Positions 58,942-64,000 of a stretch of DNA of 64,000 nucleotides are shown piece after piece. The notes under the pieces are model-generated. The model saw only the letters and a list, made by a program, of their open reading frames with translations, was not told the DNA's origin and did no database searches. Positions within the stretch are counted from its first letter, which is position 1, and every line of letters starts with the position of its first letter. Position numbers and translations under genes: made by a program. Origin of the DNA: Bacteroidota bacterium (GTDB lineage: Bacteria > Bacteroidota > Bacteroidia > Chitinophagales > LD1); assembly GCA_026391075.1 (NCBI GenBank), contig JAPLES010000009.1, positions 32,828-96,827 on the forward strand, given 5' to 3'.

Positions 58942-60288
58942 TTAAAGAACAATGTCTTTAACTTTTATATCCTGCTTTTGTTTCTTGGATAGGAAGGTAT
59001 CCTTGTCTAAAATATTTCTTACCGCGCCATATTTTGAAAACCGCTGACGGGCATATTTTTTAAGATTAGCATCACCCAGTTTAGCATAATTAGAAGCTAT
59101 ATCATTTACGTTTTTGATAACCTGCTCACGAATTGATTTGTAATAATCTTCCTGCATTTTTTGGTCGGCAGGAGAAGGGTAAGTATTTCCTGAAACACTA
59201 TCGGTAAGCAAACTTACAAACGGAGCATTTTTTTTCAGGTCTTCCATATTCTCAGCCAAATCTTTTAATGGAGCCAAAGCTTTTTCGTTATCCGTAATCA
59301 TTTTTGCAGCAGCAACATCATTAATACTATTAAACAAACTCTTTGCTTCTTCTAAACGAAAGCCAACCAGTGCATCGTAAGCGCGACATTTGTCGCCCAA
59401 AGACATATTGCCTGCCTTGTCATATAATTTTGAAGCAAGCAAATAACTTCCTTTATTCATGGTAGATGCTGCGAGTTTTTCAAGTGCTTCATCATTTTTC
59501 TTTTCGCTCAAAGCATCGCCTAAACGCATAATCAAATTGTCCGCTTCTTCAGGACGGTTATCGGCATACAAGTAATCGGCATACTTTTGAATTCCTTCTT
59601 CAACTCCCTGGCTTAAGTAAGCATCAATTGCCTTTACATATTCTTTACGGTTGTAGTAAATATCTCCTGCTTGTTTGGCTCCTTCTAAACTTTTAAGTTT
59701 TAAATAAGTTTCAGCCGCTTTGTTTTCATTGTCTCCGCCTTTGTCAAAATATTCTTTAGCTATTTGTTCGATTTTTACAGCAGCATCGCCAGTAACGTAG
59801 TATTCTATTGCTTTATTGTAACTGCCTGCTCCCTTCTCATAAAAACGGTCACCAATTAATCTTCCTCCTTCTTTGGTAGCATCCGCTTTGGCAAATAAAC
59901 TCATTGCTTTATTCAGCGATTTAGCCTGATTTTTATCGTCTTCGTTAAACGCCTGGTCTACATACGCTTCAGCCACTCTTTTCAATCCTTCCTTCTTTGC
60001 TTCCTTAGTTGAAGCATTGTAAGAATTGGTTGCGTTTACTAAATCTCCTTTTTCAAGATACGCATCTCCAATTACAGCCGACATTTCCTGAGGCTTCATT
60101 CCGCCTTTCTGGAAACTTGCTTTGGCAGTATTGATGCCGTCCTGTCTTTTGGCAGCATCTGCCTGAGCCATAGCTTTTTTAAGCGCTGCGTTACCTTTAT
60201 CAATGTCTTTGTTCTGTGCACTCAACTGCAACGAAACTGCCAACATCATCAAAATGCAGGCGGTTATGCTCAAAATTTTCTTGCTCAT
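58942..60288 (-). CDS. secreted all-alpha (TPR-like) hypothetical protein
   Basis: Signal peptide ending LSAQ; repeated helical GD.Y...Y.KAI.. segments. Confidence 0.5.
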   Translation of the reverse strand: MSKKILSITACILMMLAVSLQLSAQNKDIDKGNAALKKAMAQADAAKRQDGINTAKASFQKGGMKPQEMSAVIGDAYLEKGDLVNATNSYNASTKEAKKEGLKRVAEAYVDQAFNEDDKNQAKSLNKAMSLFAKADATKEGGRLIGDRFYEKGAGSYNKAIEYYVTGDAAVKIEQIAKEYFDKGGDNENKAAETYLKLKSLEGAKQAGDIYYNRKEYVKAIDAYLSQGVEEGIQKYADYLYADNRPEEADNLIMRLGDALSEKKNDEALEKLAASTMNKGSYLLASKLYDKAGNMSLGDKCRAYDALVGFRLEEAKSLFNSINDVAAAKMITDNEKALAPLKDLAENMEDLKKNAPFVSLLTDSVSGNTYPSPADQKMQEDYYKSIREQVIKNVNDIASNYAKLGDANLKKYARQRFSKYGAVRNILDKDTFLSKKQKQDIKVKDIVL

Positions 60289-60410
60289 ATATTTTAGATT
60301 TAGTGTGATTATGGTTTAAATGTAAAAACAAATGGCTTTTGCAAAACTTTATTTTGTCAAAAAATATTCGGCTTGAGGCTATTTTGAATCCAAAACTCCC
60401 TTATTTCTGC

Positions 60411-61226
60411 ATGTCGAAACAAAATAAACAGGCGATGCAGCGCGAAAAAATTTACGAACTCCTCGAACGCAAATACAAGGAACACAACTCGGCTGTTTTC
60501 ATTGAAACCGACCCCATTTCTATTCCTCATCGCTTTTCAAAAAAACAGGATATAGAAATTGCGGCTTTCTTTTCTGCCACCATTGCATGGGGAAACCGAA
60601 AATCAATTATCACTTCGGCTAACAAATTGATGAACCTGACGGATAACGCTCCACATGATTTTGTATTGAATCATCAGGATAAAGATTTGAAACGTTTGCT
60701 TGATTTCAAGCACCGAACTTTTAACGCTACCGACACACTTTATTTTGTTGAATTTTTGAAACAACATTATTTAAAACACGAAAGTTTGGAGGAAGCGTTT
60801 TTAAAGTCAGAAGTCCGAAGTCGGATGTCCGAAGCAACTACTGAAAATGCAATTGCTATTTTTCACGAGAACTTTTTTTCGCTTGAAGATTCTCCGCATC
60901 GTACACGTAAGCACATAGCCACTCCTGTTCGCGGAAGTACATGCAAGAGAATGAATATGTTTCTTAGGTGGATGGTACGAAAAGATAAAAGCGGAGTTGA
61001 TTTTGGAATTTGGAAGAAGATAAAACCCGCACAACTTTTAATTCCGCTTGATGTGCATGTAGACAGAACCGCACGCAAACTAGGCTTGATAAAACGCAAA
61101 CAAACCGATTGGGAAACTGTTTTGGAATTGACCGAAAATTTAAAATCGTTTGACCCTAAAGACCCGGTAAAATACGACTTCGCACTTTTCGGAATTAGTG
61201 TGTTGGATAAAATGCTGATACATTAG
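60411..61226 (+). CDS. TIGR02757/DUF2400-family protein
   Basis: Resembles the conserved family (DPISIPHRF, IAWGNRK, LIPLDVHV). ATG at 60411 or 60435. Contains an in-frame AGTCCGA repeat. Confidence 0.6.
   Translation: MSKQNKQAMQREKIYELLERKYKEHNSAVFIETDPISIPHRFSKKQDIEIAAFFSATIAWGNRKSIITSANKLMNLTDNAPHDFVLNHQDKDLKRLLDFKHRTFNATDTLYFVEFLKQHYLKHESLEEAFLKSEVRSRMSEATTENAIAIFHENFFSLEDSPHRTRKHIATPVRGSTCKRMNMFLRWMVRKDKSGVDFGIWKKIKPAQLLIPLDVHVDRTARKLGLIKRKQTDWETVLELTENLKSFDPKDPVKYDFALFGISVLDKMLIH
60805..60832. repeat. (AGTCCGA)-family heptamer repeat inside coding sequence (agtcaga agtccga agtcgga tgtccga)
   Basis: Read directly. 60809-60822 is an exact 14-mer copy of 11041-11054. Confidence 0.8.
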
Positions 61227-61231
61227 CCCCG

Positions 61232-61558
61232 ATGGAATTTCCTAAAACACTTTTCGATTCGTTTGAAATTGATGAACAACATCTTCCTGCGGCAAATAAT
61301 GAAGAGGAAAAATTTCGTGCTTTTAGGCAGTTACTAATTCAACGAATCGAAGAACTGATTCATCGCGATTTCGAAAAGCTGAAATGGATTTTATATCGAA
61401 TTGATGTTAGCGAAAAGAAACTGAATGAAGCTTTGCAAAATTCAGAAACCGATGCGGCAACAGTAATGGCAGACTTAATTATTAAACGGCAAATTGAAAA
61501 AGCAGAAAGCAGAAAAAAATTTGGCGGTAACGAAAATGATTGGAATTTTGACCTATGA
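61232..61558 (+). CDS. hypothetical protein (108 aa)
   Basis: Clean ORF whose stop overlaps the fumarylacetoacetase start (ATGA). Confidence 0.5.
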   Translation: MEFPKTLFDSFEIDEQHLPAANNEEEKFRAFRQLLIQRIEELIHRDFEKLKWILYRIDVSEKKLNEALQNSETDAATVMADLIIKRQIEKAESRKKFGGNENDWNFDL

Positions 61559-62826
61559 GTAAAGCAAATAACCCTCAATTAAAAAGTTGGGTAGAAGTAA
61601 AACCCGGAAGCGATTTCCCGATTCAGAATCTTCCGTTCGGAATTTTTAGAACAGCCGAAACAAATGCGCGTGCCGGAGTTGCTATTGGAGAATACATTCT
61701 AGATTTAGCTGAAATTGCAAGCGCTGGACTCTTTAATTTATCGCTCGAACAAAAAGTTAGTTTCTCTCATCCCATGTTGAATCCATTTATTGACATGGGC
61801 AAATCGACAACAAATGCAGTGCGCGCGAGAATTTCTGATTTGCTGAATTCAGAAAATTCTGAACTGCGCGACAATGCAGAATTAAGAGCGAAAGCGTTAA
61901 TCAAACAAAGCGATGCAGAAATGCAGAAACCTCTTTGGATTCTTAACTACACCGATTTTTATTCAAGTAAAGAACATGCAACAAACGTAGGCATTATGTT
62001 TCGCGACCCTGCAAATGCTTTGTTGCCAAACTGGAAACATTTACCGGTTGGCTATCACGGTCGAGCTTCTTCTATTGTTGTTTCAGGAACTCCGATTCAT
62101 AGACCCAAAGGACAAACAAAAGCAGATGATGCTCCAATGCCTTCATTTGGTCCAAGCGAACTTTTAGATTTTGAATTAGAGATGGGTTTCATTACCGGAA
62201 AGCGAACGAAGTTGGGAACGAGCATTTCAACTGCAGAAGCGGAAGATTATATTTTTGGAATGGTGTTGTTCAACGATTGGAGTGCCCGTGATATTCAAAA
62301 GTGGGAATACGTTCCGCTCGGTCCTTTCCTGGCAAAAAATTTTGGCTCTACAATGTCGCCTTGGATTGTAACAATGGAAGCTCTTGAACCTTTCAGAATA
62401 GAATCGCCAACACAAGAACCAGAAGTTCTTCCCTACTTAAAATTTGAAGGCAAGAAAAATTTCGACATCAATTTAGAAGTGGAAATAATTCCCGAAAACG
62501 GAAAAGGCAAAACAGTTTCGAAAAGCAATTTCAAATACATGTACTGGAACATGGCCCAGCAACTTGCACATCACACTTCGAATGGCTGCAATATTCAAGT
62601 TGGCGATTTATATGCCAGTGGCACTATCAGCGGACCAACTCCCGATTCGTATGGTTCTATGCTCGAAATTTCTTGGCAGGGAAAAAATCCAATTACAATG
62701 CCCGATGGCACAGAACGAAAATTCATTCTCGATAACGACACCGTTGTAATGAAAGGTTATTGCGAAAAAGATGGAGTGCGAATTGGCTTTGGAGAATGTT
62801 CAGGAAAAATTTTGCCGGCTTTATGA
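61555..62826 (+). CDS. fahA: fumarylacetoacetase
   Basis: 423 aa, N-terminal FAH domain (IQNLPFGIF), and catalytic core blocks (DFELEMG, FNDWSARDIQ, GDLYASGTISG). Confidence 0.92.
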   Translation: MSKANNPQLKSWVEVKPGSDFPIQNLPFGIFRTAETNARAGVAIGEYILDLAEIASAGLFNLSLEQKVSFSHPMLNPFIDMGKSTTNAVRARISDLLNSENSELRDNAELRAKALIKQSDAEMQKPLWILNYTDFYSSKEHATNVGIMFRDPANALLPNWKHLPVGYHGRASSIVVSGTPIHRPKGQTKADDAPMPSFGPSELLDFELEMGFITGKRTKLGTSISTAEAEDYIFGMVLFNDWSARDIQKWEYVPLGPFLAKNFGSTMSPWIVTMEALEPFRIESPTQEPEVLPYLKFEGKKNFDINLEVEIIPENGKGKTVSKSNFKYMYWNMAQQLAHHTSNGCNIQVGDLYASGTISGPTPDSYGSMLEISWQGKNPITMPDGTERKFILDNDTVVMKGYCEKDGVRIGFGECSGKILPAL

Positions 62827-63098
62827 GATATTATTTAATCGCATTGCTCTTTGTAATCATGGGCGCAGGCGCGCGCACTATGTTCGAAATTGCGCATCAG
62901 GGATTAACACAAGAACATGGGATTACTCCTGATAGTGAAACACAAAAACTTATTTTTCTTGCGCTTTGGTTTATTGCCATGATGATGGTTGATGTAATTC
63001 TTATTCGCAACAAAGAATTAAAAAACAGAAATGCTTTCATTGCATTACTTTCATTCGGAGTATTAGTTCCGACTATTTACAAATTCATTTCACATTGA
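62823..63098 (+). CDS. small membrane protein (about 91 aa)
   Basis: The ATG at 62823 overlaps the fahA stop (ATGA). Three hydrophobic segments. The listed 62760 start lies inside fahA. Confidence 0.45.
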   Translation: MRYYLIALLFVIMGAGARTMFEIAHQGLTQEHGITPDSETQKLIFLALWFIAMMMVDVILIRNKELKNRNAFIALLSFGVLVPTIYKFISH

Positions 63099-63099
63099 T

Positions 63100-64000
63100 A
63101 TGCTCTCTATAAACCCAGCTGAAATTCCAATGCCGAAACTGCACGAGTATTTATTGAGTGCAGTTGCTCCGCGCCCCATTGCTTTTGTTTCTACTATTGA
63201 TAAAGAGGGCAACGTCAATCTTTCTCCCTTTTCATTTTTCAATTGCTTTGGGTCCAATCCGCCTACACTTGTTTTTTCTCCAGCAAGAAGTGGTCGCACC
63301 GGTGCAACAAAACACACACACGACAATGTGCTGGTAGTAAAAGAATGTGTGGTGAATATTCCCAATTACGATATGCTTTACCAAATGAATCTGGCAGCAC
63401 ACATGTATCCGAAGGGTGTAGATGAATTTGCAAAAAGCGGGTTGACGAAGCAGGAAAGCATAACCGTAAAACCTCCACGTGTGGCAGAGTGTTTTGTGCA
63501 AATGGAGTGTGAAGTAAAAGATGTGATTGTTACAGGGTTAAATGGTGGCGCAGGTAACTTAGTAGTGTGCGAAGTCAAGATGATTCACATCAACGAAAAG
63601 GTGTTGAATGAAGAAGGCGACATTGACCCGAATAAAATGAATTACATAGCGCGGATGGGAAAACAATTTTGGGCGCGCATTGGTGCGGAAAATATTATTT
63701 CTGTTAGCGGTTTTAAAATGGCAAATGAGTTAGGAATAGGTTGGGATGCATTGCCCAACGGAATTACTCACTCTAAATATCTTTCAGGAAATGATATTGC
63801 GCGGGTTGCTTCGCTTAATGCTTTTCCAACTGAAGAAGAATTAAATGAATTACGTAAGGCAGAATTTGTGCAGGAAATATTTTCAGAATGCAAAAATGAT
63901 TTTGCTGCTCTAGAAAAGGCTATTCATCTGCGCGCAAAAATTGAAATTGAAAGAGGGAGTAAGCCTTTGGCGTTTCAACTATTAATGCTGTCAGAAAAAT
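63100..64000 (+). CDS. flavin reductase-like (FMN-binding split-barrel) protein, 3' end beyond the window; not in the supplied ORF track
   Basis: My own translation from the ATG at 63100: MLSINPAEIPMPKLHEYLLSAVAPRPIAFVSTIDKEGNVNLSPFSFFNCFGSNPPTLVFSPA.... It is open for 300 codons to the window edge, and the N-terminus matches the flavin reductase domain pattern. Confidence 0.78.
   Translation, partial: MLSINPAEIPMPKLHEYLLSAVAPRPIAFVSTIDKEGNVNLSPFSFFNCFGSNPPTLVFSPARSGRTGATKHTHDNVLVVKECVVNIPNYDMLYQMNLAAHMYPKGVDEFAKSGLTKQESITVKPPRVAECFVQMECEVKDVIVTGLNGGAGNLVVCEVKMIHINEKVLNEEGDIDPNKMNYIARMGKQFWARIGAENIISVSGFKMANELGIGWDALPNGITHSKYLSGNDIARVASLNAFPTEEELNELRKAEFVQEIFSECKNDFAALEKAIHLRAKIEIERGSKPLAFQLLMLSEK

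Noticed and set aside
62760-62822. N-terminal extension of the small membrane protein ORF (MRKRWSANWLWRMF…)
   Set aside because: It lies entirely inside the fumarylacetoacetase coding region in another frame. The ATG at 62823 forms a typical ATGA stop/start overlap and begins directly with a hydrophobic helix.
1-64000. Search for tRNA, rRNA, CRISPR arrays, transposases, integrases and prophage or defence modules
   Set aside because: None of the intergenic regions longer than 100 nt (4085-4288, 33012-33194, 42635-42843, 50925-51061, 57847-58074) shows a tRNA T-arm or acceptor pattern or regularly spaced 25-40-nt repeats. No ORF shows DDE, tyrosine- or serine-recombinase, nuclease-ATPase or toxin-like motifs.

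Overview
AT-rich chromosomal segment that looks like a Bacteroidota genome. The phylum call rests on five proteins ending in type-A T9SS C-terminal sorting domains, SprB and SBBP repeats, a long SecA, no obvious Shine-Dalgarno sites, and a TAnnTTTG-type -7 box upstream of recA. All family calls come from motifs read by eye in the supplied translations; no database search was possible. About 55 protein genes are listed. Housekeeping genes include recA, secA, purD, coaX, lptC, deoC, cysC-cysD-cysN, a fused DAHP synthase/chorismate mutase, and fumarylacetoacetase. There is a TetR-TolC-MFP-RND efflux operon, three membrane glycosyltransferases, an orphan PAS histidine kinase, and several secreted T9SS cargo proteins (esterases, an ELWxxDGT-repeat protein, an FG-GAP protein, and an SBBP/PKD/SprB protein). 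One collagen-like fibre protein carries a phage-type S74 chaperone domain. I found no rRNA, tRNA, CRISPR array, transposase, integrase or prophage, and no recognisable defence or toxin system. Three things are not explained by the gene list. (1) Degenerate 7- and 8-nt tandem repeats occur at 18 loci, in at least four sequence families. They sit at operon junctions, in signal-peptide codons, inside four T9SS C-terminal domains, and as in-frame linker insertions in two unrelated enzymes. (2) A 25-nt C5/G5 hairpin element is present three times in the RND operon, once inverted inside the adaptor gene's signal-peptide codons. (3) Two genes are each interrupted by a single in-frame TAA. One long ORF at the right edge (63100..64000) is missing from the supplied ORF track.
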